A stretch of 64,000 bases of DNA from Sumerlaeia bacterium (GTDB taxonomy: Bacteria; Sumerlaeota; Sumerlaeia; SLMS01; JAHLLQ01), in assembly GCA_040219255.1 (NCBI GenBank), contig JAVJSW010000049.1:32001-96000 (forward strand), given 5' to 3'. Below the pieces are notes generated by a model. That model was not told the origin of the DNA and did not search any database. It saw only the letters and a program-made list of their open reading frames with translations. This document shows positions 49,289 to 59,485 of the stretch, one piece after another. The translations under genes were made by a program, and so were the position numbers. The first letter of the stretch is position 1; the number at the start of each line of letters is the position of its first letter.

Positions 49289-50440
49289 TCACAGCACCCG
49301 CAGCTCTTTCGGCGACTTCGAAAGCACCCGGCAGCCCCCCTCTTCCACCACCACCAGATCCTCGATGCGCACGCCGCCGAATCCCGGGACGTAGATCCCC
49401 GGCTCGATCGTCATCACATTCCCCGGCACCAGCTTCACATCCTCATTCGTATCAGCGCTGAAGCGCGGAGACTCATGAATCTCCATCCCCACCGCATGGC
49501 CCAGCCCGTGGTTGAAATCCGGGAACCCGTGGCTCTTTACGATCTCGCGCGCCATGGCGTCCAATTCGCGGCAAATCGCCCCGGCGCGGCAGGCCTTGAT
49601 CACGGCCTCGTTGGCGTCCAGACACGCCGCGTACATCTTCTCGTAGTCCCTGCTGGCCTTGCCGATCACCGGGTTGCGCGTCAGATCCGAGCAATACCCA
49701 TCCACCACCGCCCCCAAGTCCACCGTCACCATATCGCCCTTCTTCATCTTGCGCTTGCCCGGCGAGTGATGCGGCCGCGAGGCGTTCGGCCCGCTCGCCA
49801 CGATGTTGGTAAAGGACTCGCCCCGCACGCCCAAATCCTCGGCGGCGCGCCGAATGGCCAGGCTGACTTCCCACTCGCGCACGCCCGAGCGGATGTTTTG
49901 AAAAGCCACCTCCATCATCTGGTCCGCGACTTTGGCCGCTTTGCGGATGGCCTTGATTTCCCCCGCGTCCTTGACCTGGCGCAATTCCTCCACCTGCCCG
50001 CTGACCTTCGCCAGCTTCGTCTTGGCGCCGGTGGTGCGCTCCTTCAGCTTATCGAAAGCATCGACGGACAGCGAACCCTCAAAGCCCAACTTCCCGTATC
50101 CCAGGTCTTTGAACAGGTCCTTGAAGAATTCGTCCTTGCCGCCCTTCGGTTCGGCCACGATCCGGGCGCTCGAACCACTCTCGGCCAGCAAACCCTCCGC
50201 GATTTCCCAGTACCGCCCATCGGTCACCAGCCGCGCCGCCTCGCCATCCACGATCAGCAGGCCGTGGCTCCCCGCGAAGCCCGTCAGGTAATTGATATTG
50301 ACGAGGTTCTGGATCAGCAGAGCGTCCACCTCGGCGGCGCGGATGCGCTCGCGCAGGCGCTCGAGCCGCTGCTCGACGACCGGCTTCCCGGCAGCGGTGG
50401 GGTCGGTCTTGGCGGTTTTCTTCGACGATTTCTTAGCCAT
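49289..50440 (-). CDS. Xaa-Pro aminopeptidase (M24B)
   Basis: YLTGFAGS; DLGAVVDGYCSDLTR; HGLGHAVGMEIHE; TIEPGIY...GVRIED. Confidence 0.92.
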   Translation of the reverse strand: MAKKSSKKTAKTDPTAAGKPVVEQRLERLRERIRAAEVDALLIQNLVNINYLTGFAGSHGLLIVDGEAARLVTDGRYWEIAEGLLAESGSSARIVAEPKGGKDEFFKDLFKDLGYGKLGFEGSLSVDAFDKLKERTTGAKTKLAKVSGQVEELRQVKDAGEIKAIRKAAKVADQMMEVAFQNIRSGVREWEVSLAIRRAAEDLGVRGESFTNIVASGPNASRPHHSPGKRKMKKGDMVTVDLGAVVDGYCSDLTRNPVIGKASRDYEKMYAACLDANEAVIKACRAGAICRELDAMAREIVKSHGFPDFNHGLGHAVGMEIHESPRFSADTNEDVKLVPGNVMTIEPGIYVPGFGGVRIEDLVVVEEGGCRVLSKSPKELRVL

Positions 50441-50602
50441 CGGTTCCTTGCTCCCGGAAAAAGCTGGGGCCGCATTGAACAGGATTTTCCGCCGCCCGGC
50501 ACAAGTTGAATCGCGGCGCGCGATTGACCGCTTGCCATCGCTCCGGCAGCCCCCGCACTCTGCCCCGTCCCTTCGCGCCCTAGGAAAGGCCCCCCCACCG
50601 CC

Positions 50603-51934
50603 ATGACGAATCCCGCATCCGCCAGCGTGCCCCTCGACCGCCGCAAAGTCTGGTCCTGGGCCCTTTACGATTGGGCCAACAGCGCCTTCGCCACGACGGT
50701 GATGGTCGCTTTCTTTCCCGTTTTCTATAAGAGCTATCTGCGCGGCGGGGTCGAGGACGCCGTGTCCTCCAAGGAACTGCTCATCGCCATCTCGATCTCC
50801 GGCATCCTCATCGCCCTCAGCGCCCCCTTCCTGGGCGCCATCGCGGACCGCGGCGGGGCCAAGAAGCGCCTCCTCGCCGTCTTCGCTTCCCTGGGCGTCC
50901 TGACCACGGCGCTGCTCGGCTTCTCCTCGCCGGCCTTCGGGCTGGTGGCATTGGTGGTCTTTGTGCTGGCCAACATCGGATTCAGCGGCGCCAACATTTT
51001 CTACGACTCCCTCCTGCCAGCCGTCGCCCCCGACGAAAAAAGCGACTCCGTCTCCGCCTTCGGTTTCGCCCTCGGCTACCTCGGCGGGGGCGTGCTCTTC
51101 GCCGTCAACGTCGTCATGCTGTCCATGCACGAGAAGCTCGGCATCGAACAAGAAACCGCGACAAAACTCTCCTTCCTCAGCGTCGCCGCATGGTGGGCGT
51201 TGTTCTCGATTCCGCTCTTCAAGGGAGTTCCCGAGCCGGAAGTTTCCGGCGGGAAAGTGCCGATGCGCGACGCCGCGCGTGCGGGCTGGCTTCAGTTGAA
51301 GCAGACCCTCGCTCATATCATGCGGGTCAAGAACGTGTTCCTGTTCCTGATTGCTTATTTGCTTTATATCGATGGCGTGAATACGGTCATGAAGACCGCC
51401 ACGACCATCGGAACCTCCATCGGCATTGGGGCGCCGGATATGATGAAGGCGATCCTGATGATCCAGTTCATCGGCTTTCCTGCCGCCATCGCCTTTGGCT
51501 ATCTCGGCGAGAAGATCGGCACCCGCAAAGGCATCCTGATCGCCATCGGAGTGTACGGCCTCATTGTGATCGGGGCGTCTCAACTGCGCGAGAACTGGCA
51601 CTTCTACGCCCTCGCCGCGGGGGTTGGCCTCGTGCAGGGCGGCGTCCAGTCGCTCTCTCGGTCCTACTTCTCGCGCATCATTCCGGCGGGCAAGGCGGGC
51701 GAGTTCTTCGGCTTCTACAATATGCTCGGCAAGTTCGCCACCGTCTTCGGCCCCATCCTGATCAGCCTCGGTCTGGTGATCGCGGGCAGAGCGGGGCTCG
51801 AAGGCCCCGACGCCACCCGCGCCGCTATGCCGTCACTGCTGATTCTGTTCGTGGCCGGCGGCGTCCTGCTGTGGAAAGTCCGCGATCCGGACGCCAAGCC
51901 CTCCCCCGCCGAGGACGGCGAGGCCGTTGCCTGA
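50603..51934 (+). CDS. MFS transporter (UMF1/Atg22-like)
   Basis: WALYDWANSAF; FYDSLL; GGVQSLSRS; EFFGFY. Confidence 0.88.
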   Translation: MTNPASASVPLDRRKVWSWALYDWANSAFATTVMVAFFPVFYKSYLRGGVEDAVSSKELLIAISISGILIALSAPFLGAIADRGGAKKRLLAVFASLGVLTTALLGFSSPAFGLVALVVFVLANIGFSGANIFYDSLLPAVAPDEKSDSVSAFGFALGYLGGGVLFAVNVVMLSMHEKLGIEQETATKLSFLSVAAWWALFSIPLFKGVPEPEVSGGKVPMRDAARAGWLQLKQTLAHIMRVKNVFLFLIAYLLYIDGVNTVMKTATTIGTSIGIGAPDMMKAILMIQFIGFPAAIAFGYLGEKIGTRKGILIAIGVYGLIVIGASQLRENWHFYALAAGVGLVQGGVQSLSRSYFSRIIPAGKAGEFFGFYNMLGKFATVFGPILISLGLVIAGRAGLEGPDATRAAMPSLLILFVAGGVLLWKVRDPDAKPSPAEDGEAVA

Positions 51935-53462
51935 GGCGCGGCGCAAGGCAACGCGGGCGCGGCGCCGCTGGCCGCCGCTGGGGCTGGCGGTGGCGGGCGC
52001 TCTCGTGCTGGCCTACGCCCTGTGGATCGCCGCGACGGTGCTGGAGTGCTGGCCCATCTGGCCCGCCGAGGCCTCGCCCTACGACTGGGGCACCATGTGG
52101 CCGCCGGACCCGTCGCAGCCTTACTATTTCGCCAAGAACCCGAACCTGAGCTGGGGCTGGGAGCAGTTCCTCATGTTCCCGGCGGGGGTTCGCTGGGCCT
52201 CGGTGGTGGCCTTGGCCCTCGCGGCCGGGGGCTTGCTGGCGGCGGGGCGCAGGCCGGTGGCGTGGCTGAGGAGGCTGGAGGGCGCCTCGCGAGAGATTGG
52301 CGCCCACCGCTTGGGCCCGGCTCTGATGGCGACGATTTTCGTGGCTGTGGCGGTGCTTTTTCGCCAGAGGCGATTCTGGGGAGACTGGGCGCTGTTTTCG
52401 TTGAAGCCGCTCGTGGACCCCTTCTGGACCATCGACACGCCGCTGCCCTTCTGGCGGTCGCCCATGGCTTATGGGACGCAAGAAGCGCTCATCGCCACGC
52501 TGCACGGCGCGCTCGGGCTCCCCGCGTCCATGGCGCTGCGCGTGGGGCCGCTGGCGGCGGGGCTGGTGTGGGTCTTCGGGTTGTGGGAGGCCGCGCGCCA
52601 ACTCTTCCCCGGGGCCCGCTGGCGGGGACTGCTGTTCTTCGCGGTGGTGCTCAGCTACGGCCTCACCGTGCTGGCGTTCGGCTACTTCGAGGCCTATCCC
52701 TTCTCGAACGCCATCCTGTTGTGGTATGTGGCGAGTTCGCTGCGGGCCCTGCGCGAGCGCCGCATGCCCTACGCCGCCGGGTTCTGGATGGGCGTGGCCT
52801 GTCTTTATCACCCTCAGAACCTGCTCTACGCACCGGGACTGGCGCTGCCGTGGGCGTTGGCGGCGGGCGGGGGCCTGGCATGGAACCGTGCCGCCGGCTG
52901 GCTGAGGCGCATCGCCGGGGGGCTGGGCGTTTGGGCGCTGATGCTGGTCCCGGTGGGACTGTTCCTGCTGGTGCAGGAAGCCCGCGGCATGGGGCTGGAG
53001 ACCATCGCCATCGGCTTCGAAGGCACCGTCTTCGTGCCCGGCGAGGCAGCGGTCGCGGTGGAGCGTTGGCGGGCCCTGCTCCAGGTCTCGCTCCGGGTCC
53101 TGCCCCTCTTTCCGATCCTGGCGGTCTGCGCGGTTTTGCTCGCCGGGCGCTTGCCCTGGCGCAACGCGCGGTTCGTCTGGCTGGCCCTGCAGGTGCCCTT
53201 CGCCGCCTGGATTCTTCTGGTGATCGAAAACCGGCTGCCGCTCTGGTACGATTGGGACCTGATGTCTCCGCACTTGACGATGCTGGGGTTGTGGTGCGCG
53301 GCGGGGCTGGCGGGGTTGAGATACCGGGTGCGATGGGTGGTTTTGGCGGCTATCCTGGTGGTCGTTTTCCAGGTCTGGGTCCTAGGCTTCTGGCTGGGGC
53401 GAAACGCCGTCGCCGACCCGCAGCAGCGCGCCGCCATGGAATTTTATGGGCTTGCGTATTGA
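51927..53462 (+). CDS. Multi-pass membrane protein (possibly GT-C-like)
   Basis: About 12 TM segments; FGYFEAYP; YDWDL. Confidence 0.6.
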   Translation: MPEARRKATRARRRWPPLGLAVAGALVLAYALWIAATVLECWPIWPAEASPYDWGTMWPPDPSQPYYFAKNPNLSWGWEQFLMFPAGVRWASVVALALAAGGLLAAGRRPVAWLRRLEGASREIGAHRLGPALMATIFVAVAVLFRQRRFWGDWALFSLKPLVDPFWTIDTPLPFWRSPMAYGTQEALIATLHGALGLPASMALRVGPLAAGLVWVFGLWEAARQLFPGARWRGLLFFAVVLSYGLTVLAFGYFEAYPFSNAILLWYVASSLRALRERRMPYAAGFWMGVACLYHPQNLLYAPGLALPWALAAGGGLAWNRAAGWLRRIAGGLGVWALMLVPVGLFLLVQEARGMGLETIAIGFEGTVFVPGEAAVAVERWRALLQVSLRVLPLFPILAVCAVLLAGRLPWRNARFVWLALQVPFAAWILLVIENRLPLWYDWDLMSPHLTMLGLWCAAGLAGLRYRVRWVVLAAILVVVFQVWVLGFWLGRNAVADPQQRAAMEFYGLAY

Positions 53463-53557
53463 AAAGGGTCTGAATCATAGATGCGCCACAATTTTCCCTC
53501 GCTAAACTATTTTCCTTCCACTCATTGCTTGGATTTCGAACAGGACCGCTCAAAAGT

Positions 53558-55468
53558 ATGACCACTTCATTCACTCGACTTGTGGCGTGTTGCGCGGCGC
53601 TGGCGCTGGCGGGCACGGCACTGGCCCAAGTTCCCGCTTCCCCCCGGCGCCAGAAGCCCGATCCCGCAGCCAAGCGCGCGACCTCCATTCCCCTCTGCGG
53701 AATGCACTTGGTGAAGCCGAAAATGCGCCCGCTCTTCGCCGACACCACGGCTTTCAAGGGCACCCCCATCGCCGAGGCCGAACCCAACAATATCCCCGCC
53801 AACGCCACACCCACCCCCCTGGGCCGCGGCGTCAGTCAGACCCTTACCGTCAGCGTCTCCGGCGTCATGACGGTGACTCCCAGTTCGAACACGCCGATCA
53901 CCACCTCGGAAGAAAACGGCTCGATCCCGACCGCCACGAACACCGGGCTGTCCAGCAGCAACGAAGGCCAGGTGACCGTGACCTCCGACATCGGCGTGCT
54001 GCCCGCCACCGGCGATTTCGACCACTACCGGGTCAGCGCCGTCGCCGGCCAAACCATCACCGCGGAAACGACGACTCCGGCCTCGGGTCTCGATACCATC
54101 ATCGACCTCTACGACAGTTCGGGCAACCTCCTGGCCTCGAACGACGACAGGGGGATCGGCGATACCGACTCGATCGTCACATGGCCGGTTACAGCCGACG
54201 GGGACTACTACATTTCCGTCACCGGCTATCCGACCCTTCAACTGGATCCATTCGATCCCAATTCCGGCGACGGCCCCCCGGATACCACCGGCACCTACAA
54301 CCTCGTGATCGATCTGAGCACCTCCGATCTGGACCTGTTCGCCGTCGACGTCGCGGCCGGCGATTTGCTCAGCGTGCGCATCAACAATGGCTCGGCGGCC
54401 GGTCAGATTTCGGTCTTCGACTCCGCCGGCACACTGCGCGCCAGCACCACCGAGAACGTCGTCTCCTTCAGTCCCCCGCCGCTCACCGCCCCCGTGCTTC
54501 AGGGCGGCACCGTCACCTTCTCGCAGATCATCGAGACGGCGGGCACCTACTACGTCGGCTTCTCCGTCGGCGAAGGCGCCTACACCGCCGACATCCAGGT
54601 CGGCTATCCCGGCGCCATCGACGCCCCCCTCGGCACCGAGCAGATTCTCTTCCTCGACTTCGATGGCGCCACCATCAACGCCGCGGCGCTGTTTGGCTCC
54701 GGCAGTTCCAACGCGGTCATGTCGCCCCTCTCGTCCTTCCTCACCGGCTGGGGCCTCGCTCCCTCCGAGGAGAGCGACCTGATCGACGCCATCATCGCCG
54801 TGGTGGAAGAAAACCTCATCGACGACCTGCGCGACAGCGGACTCAATGGCGATTACGCCACCACTGGCATCCCCGGCGAATTCGCCCTCACTATCCTCAA
54901 CAGCCGGGATGACCCGGACCCCTTCGGCCAGCCCAACGTCAGCCGCGTGATCGTCGGCGGCACCATCGCCGAAACCGGCGTCCCCACCGTCGGCATCGCC
55001 GAGTCCATCGACGTCGGCAACTTCTATCGCGCCGAAACCGCCATCGTCCTCCTGGACAACCTCTCGGATCCGGACACCGACAACCCCAACAGCGCCAACG
55101 CCTACGGCGTGCAAGCCCCCTACACCAAAATCCAAGCGGTGGCCCAGGTCGTCGGCAACATCGTCGCCCACGAAGCCGGCCACTACTTCGGCTGCTGGCA
55201 CACCGATCAGTTCAACGTCCAGCCTGAACTCATGGACCAGGGCGGCAATCCGGTGAATACCTTCGGCCCCGGACCCGACCAGACCTTCGGCACCCCCGAC
55301 GATGTGGACGTCGATTTCGGCATCGACGTCTTCAATGGGGATGAGGGCGTTTACTTCGGGAACGAAAATAACCTCAGCGCCATCATCTTCGGCCTCTCCA
55401 CTGGTGCCGACGGCAACCCCGGTGTCATTCCCAGCACGGCCGACAGCTCCTTCTGGCAGCTTTACTAA
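53558..55468 (+). CDS. Secreted zinc metallopeptidase with pre-peptidase C-terminal (PPC) domains
   Basis: Signal peptide; DHYRV...LDTIIDLYDSSG.LLASNDD (PPC); HEAGHYFGCWH zinc motif with downstream Met-turn; ends TADSSFWQLY. Confidence 0.85.
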   Translation: MTTSFTRLVACCAALALAGTALAQVPASPRRQKPDPAAKRATSIPLCGMHLVKPKMRPLFADTTAFKGTPIAEAEPNNIPANATPTPLGRGVSQTLTVSVSGVMTVTPSSNTPITTSEENGSIPTATNTGLSSSNEGQVTVTSDIGVLPATGDFDHYRVSAVAGQTITAETTTPASGLDTIIDLYDSSGNLLASNDDRGIGDTDSIVTWPVTADGDYYISVTGYPTLQLDPFDPNSGDGPPDTTGTYNLVIDLSTSDLDLFAVDVAAGDLLSVRINNGSAAGQISVFDSAGTLRASTTENVVSFSPPPLTAPVLQGGTVTFSQIIETAGTYYVGFSVGEGAYTADIQVGYPGAIDAPLGTEQILFLDFDGATINAAALFGSGSSNAVMSPLSSFLTGWGLAPSEESDLIDAIIAVVEENLIDDLRDSGLNGDYATTGIPGEFALTILNSRDDPDPFGQPNVSRVIVGGTIAETGVPTVGIAESIDVGNFYRAETAIVLLDNLSDPDTDNPNSANAYGVQAPYTKIQAVAQVVGNIVAHEAGHYFGCWHTDQFNVQPELMDQGGNPVNTFGPGPDQTFGTPDDVDVDFGIDVFNGDEGVYFGNENNLSAIIFGLSTGADGNPGVIPSTADSSFWQLY

Positions 55469-55508
55469 GACCCGGCCGCTCCCCTTTGGGCGGCGTCCAG
55501 GCCACACC

Positions 55509-56021
55509 TCAGGGCTGACTTCTCGAAGGCTCCTCCTCGCGGGGAGCCTTTGTTTTGTCATCGCTTTCGTTCTTGAACGCCTTCCTCTCGAACACGTTCA
55601 CCCCCCAGTTGATCAGGACGCCGAGAAACGCGAGCCCCACCGCGGTGATGTATTGTTCGAGCGCCGTGACCACGCCCACGCCGGTGACGAAGAAAATCGA
55701 CGCGGCGGTCGTCAGGTTCTGGACCTTGCCCTCGTCGTGGAGTTGAATGATCGTTCCCGCCCCGATAAAGCTGACGCCGATGATGATGGCCTGCAGCACG
55801 CGAATCGGATCCACTTCGATCTTGTCGCCGAGGCTTTCCATGAACTTGAGCGATGCGATGCGGGCGGCGTACACGAACAGCGCCGCCCCCGCGGACACGA
55901 ACATGTGCGTGCGCAGCCCCGCAGCCTTGTGGTGCCATTCGCGCTCCATGCCGACGATCCCGCCCAGAAGCGCCGCCAGGCCGATGTGAAGTAACGTGCC
56001 GAGTTCCGAATTCCAGTCCAT
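55509..56021 (-). CDS. MgtC/SapB family protein
   Basis: GGIVGMERE...AGLRTH; [10 protein letters not shown]; NLTTAASI. Confidence 0.9.
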   Translation of the reverse strand: MDWNSELGTLLHIGLAALLGGIVGMEREWHHKAAGLRTHMFVSAGAALFVYAARIASLKFMESLGDKIEVDPIRVLQAIIIGVSFIGAGTIIQLHDEGKVQNLTTAASIFFVTGVGVVTALEQYITAVGLAFLGVLINWGVNVFERKAFKNESDDKTKAPREEEPSRSQP

Positions 56022-56196
56022 CGTGCCGCCTGCTCCGTTCTCCAAATCATGGTGGAATTCCGTTAGGATACGTTCAGCAAGTCCCTCGCCAACGGGGACT
56101 TATCGCTTGAAGGCCGGCGCCCCTTGGCGGAATGCTTCCTCGCGGCGCGCGACCCGCGCCCCATCTTTGGAAAGGGCCCTGCCCCCCCACCCGATC

Positions 56197-56613
56197 ATGT
56201 CTTCCTCCACCGCCGATTACACCGCTTTGCTCGAACGGGTCAAATTCGACGACAAGGGCCTGCTGTCCTGTATCTGCCAGGACGCCGCCACGGGCGAGGT
56301 GCTGATGTTCGCCTTCATGAACCGCGAATCCCTCGCCATCACGCTCGAGCGCGGGCAGGCCTGCTACTGGAGCCGCTCGCGCCAGAAACTCTGGCTCAAG
56401 GGCGAATCGAGCGGCCACACGCAGAAAATCGTCGAAATGCGGCTCGATTGCGATGGCGACTGCTTGCTCATCAAGGTCGAGCAGCAGGGCGCCGCCTGCC
56501 ACACCGGCTATCGTTCGTGCTTCTACCGCCGCGTGGACGGCGGCTCGTGGGTCGAGGACGGCGAACGGGAACTCTCGCAGGACGAGATGGACAAGAAGTA
56601 CGGGAAGAAATAG
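56197..56613 (+). CDS. hisI: Phosphoribosyl-AMP cyclohydrolase
   Basis: [17 protein letters not shown]; DCDGD; [10 protein letters not shown]. Confidence 0.95.
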   Translation: MSSSTADYTALLERVKFDDKGLLSCICQDAATGEVLMFAFMNRESLAITLERGQACYWSRSRQKLWLKGESSGHTQKIVEMRLDCDGDCLLIKVEQQGAACHTGYRSCFYRRVDGGSWVEDGERELSQDEMDKKYGKK

Positions 56614-56689
56614 GGTAAGGGATCACCTGTTCGTCTTCGCGCCTCCAGGCGCGTGAGGCTCCGAAGACCGAGCGGCACCCGGCCTGTCC

Positions 56690-57277
56690 TCACAGCCCCC
56701 GGTGCGGTTCCGGCAGGGGCCGTTGGGCCTCGTAGATGTCGGCCGGCGGGTACCAGCCTTCCTCGTCCTGGATGCGGGCGATTTCCGCCAAAGCGAGGCG
56801 GAGCCACTCAGGGGGGTTCGGGACGGTGCAGCCGCGATGGTGCTCGAAAACGATAATCCGGATCGGCCCGGCGCCCTCGAACCCGTCGGCGATCCAGGAT
56901 TGGCCGTAGCGGTCGTAGCTCAGACAAAGCGGATCGCGCAGCGATTGCGTGATGTGAAGGCATTCGTGGGTGAGGCGAATGCGGCGGGCGAGGACGAAGT
57001 GGCTGATTGCCAGAATGGCAAGGGCCACGCAAGAAATCAGGATGAGCAGCAATCCCCCCACAACCCATTCCAGCTCCGTTGAGGCGCTGCCCTCCCGAAC
57101 GGCCTCGAAGCCAACGGCCAGGCCAAGGAGGGCCAGGGGCGGAACCACGCAGGTCCATCGATTGTAGTGCGCGGGCCAGTTCCAAATCTGAATGCGATTC
57201 GCCATCGCATCCGCCAGCCGGTCGGCGACAGGCGGTTGGACGAAGGGTTCGGTGCGGGTGGAGATTCCGATTTTCAT
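56690..57277 (-). CDS. Hypothetical membrane protein (two TM helices)
   Basis: Start MKIGISTR assumed; two hydrophobic helices; lies downstream of the terminase on the same strand. Confidence 0.55.
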   Translation of the reverse strand: MKIGISTRTEPFVQPPVADRLADAMANRIQIWNWPAHYNRWTCVVPPLALLGLAVGFEAVREGSASTELEWVVGGLLLILISCVALAILAISHFVLARRIRLTHECLHITQSLRDPLCLSYDRYGQSWIADGFEGAGPIRIIVFEHHRGCTVPNPPEWLRLALAEIARIQDEEGWYPPADIYEAQRPLPEPHRGL

Positions 57278-57381
57278 GGGGTCGATCGAGAAGCCGCCGG
57301 ACGCGGAGGCGGCCATTCCATCCAGGGCGAGGTGTGGCCCCGTAGCTTTGCAAGAGTCGGGCTCGTTTTGACAAGGGCGAA

Positions 57382-59136
57382 TCAGCCATGGCACAAGTCT
57401 CTCCTTTTCAAAGGTTTTTGGCCGGGGCGAGGAGCGTGATGGAGGCTTTCGGCTTCGAAATCGGACCCGCTCCCTCGGCGCTGTGCCGAACGTTGGGCGA
57501 GGGCGGCGGCCCCGGCGGCGGCGTCGAGCGCGTCGTCGTGGGCGGTGCGGGGAAAGCGCGCCAGTTCCTCCCAGAACTCTTCCGGCAGGGTCTCGCCCAG
57601 CACCAGGCGGCCATTCGCCAGCAGCGGCTCCAGGGCGGCGATGCGGGCTTCTTTGCGGCGCGTGGGTTTGACGACTTCGATGACGAGATCGGCTCCAGGA
57701 AGGCCCTCGGCGCCGCGGCGCCGGCGCTCCTCTTCGATGGGCAGGGTCAGCAGTTCCTGGAACCCGGTGCCTTCCACGGCGAGGCGCTCGAAGGGCAGCT
57801 CCTCGTGCATGGCGAAGAGGGCGGCGACCTGCTCGCTCGGTTTGGCGCGTTTGACCCAGAGGTCGAGGAGGATGAGGAGGCCGCCCTCGGCCACCGCGAC
57901 GCGGGCGAGGGCGGCGAAGTCGCCTGTGCCTTGGGCGCGGCTCTTCCCAAGGGCCGAGTCGAGGAAGCCGAAGACGCGCAGGGGTCCCTCGACGCGGCGG
58001 GGAGGCTGGGCCGGGGCGCCGTGGCTGGCGGGCGGCAGGAGGTCGACGGCGCCGCCGGTGGCGGGGCGGGCGCGCCAGTAGCGCTCGGGTTCGAAGAGGG
58101 CGTCTTCGGGGCCGAGGGGCTGGTTCTGTTTCTCCTGATAGAAGGCGCGGCGGCCGTTGGCGATCATCTGGGCCATGAGGTGCTCGATGTCTTCGTGCTC
58201 GGGCCAGAGGACGGCGGTTCCGGCCTCCATGGCGCGGCGGTGCTCGAGGAAGTATCCCCGGGCGGCGGCGCGGCGGCCGGGGGTGGCCGGGTCCGAGAGC
58301 AGGCGGCGCCATTCCTCCCACGCGGGCGAGGGCGGCGGGAAGGCCTGGACGGATGGCAGGACGAGGCCTTCGAAGTCCGGGCGCCCGATGAGCGCGGGCA
58401 GTAGTCCGGCGGGATGGAGGATCGTGCCGACGGCCAGCATATGGGTAGCTCCGTCGCCGAGGTGCTCGATGACCTCGGCGAACCAGTCGTGGGTCTTGGC
58501 GCGGCGCCGGGGCGAATCGGCGGCGGCGGTGGATTCGGCGTCGTCGAGGATGATTTTCGTGGGGCGCCAGCCGTCGTGGCTGATGCCGCGCATTTCGGCG
58601 CCACAGCCAAAGGCTTCGACGCGGACGCCGCCCACAACGAGGGCGCGTTCGGTGCTCTCGACGTTGGCACGGCCGCAGAGTTCGGGATAGAAGCGGGTGA
58701 TGGCCCCCCGGCCCAGGAGTTCGGCGCGCAGGGCGGCGAGGCGCTGCTGGGCCTGGCGCTGGGTGGCGGAGACGAGGACGATGTAGCGCTCGCGGCGGTA
58801 GGCGAGGTCGTGGAGGACGAGGGCGAAGCTGGCGAGGGTGCTCTTGGCCGAACCGCGCGGAGCGGCCACGGCGAAGCGCAGCCCGGCGCGATCGGGAAAG
58901 GGGGGCTCGCCCATGCGCCGGTGCCAGGCGAAGAGCTGGCGGTGGAACGGCGCGAAGGGCAGGCGGGCGAAATCCGGCAGCGCCAGGCGGACGAAGAGCG
59001 GCAGGTCGGCGGCGGCGCGCTCGCGCAGGAGCGCCGGGTGCCGCCGCGGGTTAATCGTCTTCAGAAGCTGATGAAAGGTGGCCGGCGAGCAGGTCCGGAC
59101 CCAGTTTTTCGAGGTGGGCGAGGAAGTCGTCATCAT
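57382..59136 (-). CDS. Phage terminase large subunit
   Basis: Walker A APRGSAKST; RG...RPTKIILDD; GTILH; FYQEKQNQP; nuclease motifs FLDSA, VEGTGFQ, KEARI..LEP, HDDALDA. Confidence 0.88.
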   Translation of the reverse strand: MMTTSSPTSKNWVRTCSPATFHQLLKTINPRRHPALLRERAAADLPLFVRLALPDFARLPFAPFHRQLFAWHRRMGEPPFPDRAGLRFAVAAPRGSAKSTLASFALVLHDLAYRRERYIVLVSATQRQAQQRLAALRAELLGRGAITRFYPELCGRANVESTERALVVGGVRVEAFGCGAEMRGISHDGWRPTKIILDDAESTAAADSPRRRAKTHDWFAEVIEHLGDGATHMLAVGTILHPAGLLPALIGRPDFEGLVLPSVQAFPPPSPAWEEWRRLLSDPATPGRRAAARGYFLEHRRAMEAGTAVLWPEHEDIEHLMAQMIANGRRAFYQEKQNQPLGPEDALFEPERYWRARPATGGAVDLLPPASHGAPAQPPRRVEGPLRVFGFLDSALGKSRAQGTGDFAALARVAVAEGGLLILLDLWVKRAKPSEQVAALFAMHEELPFERLAVEGTGFQELLTLPIEEERRRRGAEGLPGADLVIEVVKPTRRKEARIAALEPLLANGRLVLGETLPEEFWEELARFPRTAHDDALDAAAGAAALAQRSAQRRGSGSDFEAESLHHAPRPGQKPLKRRDLCHG

Positions 59137-59383
59137 CGGGGGTGGTCTCCGTGAGGGTGTTGAGGCGATGGGCGAGGAGTTCGATTTCGAGGAGGGTCTT
59201 GGTCATGGCGAAGGCATTCTTGAGTTCCGCCAGACGGTCCGGCGCCGGCAGGCGCGCGTGGGAGTTTTCGGCCTCGGAGAGGGAGGCGTCGAAGAGGGCG
59301 AGCCAGCGCTTGAGGAGCCCGTGGGCGAGATCGAGGGTGGGGCGCCATTGGGGCTCTTGGGGTGGAGGGGTTGGCTTGGACAT
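59051..59383 (-). CDS. Small helical protein overlapping the terminase start, candidate terminase small subunit
   Basis: 110 aa with an acidic C-terminus; 86-bp overlap with the large-subunit ORF; role inferred from position only. Confidence 0.5.
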   Translation of the reverse strand: MSKPTPPPQEPQWRPTLDLAHGLLKRWLALFDASLSEAENSHARLPAPDRLAELKNAFAMTKTLLEIELLAHRLNTLTETTPDDDDFLAHLEKLGPDLLAGHLSSASEDD

Positions 59384-59485
59384 GGGTGAGGGGGGCCTTT
59401 CGGTGGCGAGTTGGAAAGGCATGGAAACACAGACGGTTTCGTTTGTCCCCTCATGTGGAGCTTCGGGAGAAAGAAAGACAAAATA

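Noticed and set aside
47534-50509. 991-aa plus-strand ORF, and similar long ORFs such as 7501..9723, 33266..35509 and 62103..63815
   Set aside because: Antisense shadows of well-supported genes, expected in high-GC DNA; no recognisable motifs
49289-51601. 770-aa ORF suggesting an aminopeptidase fusion
   Set aside because: The N-terminal part is antisense to the MFS gene; the real start is MAKKSSKK at 50440
56690-58321. 543-aa ORF overlapping the terminase, suggesting a frameshift product
   Set aside because: The overlapping part is Arg/Pro-rich off-frame sequence; only about 56690..57277 looks coding
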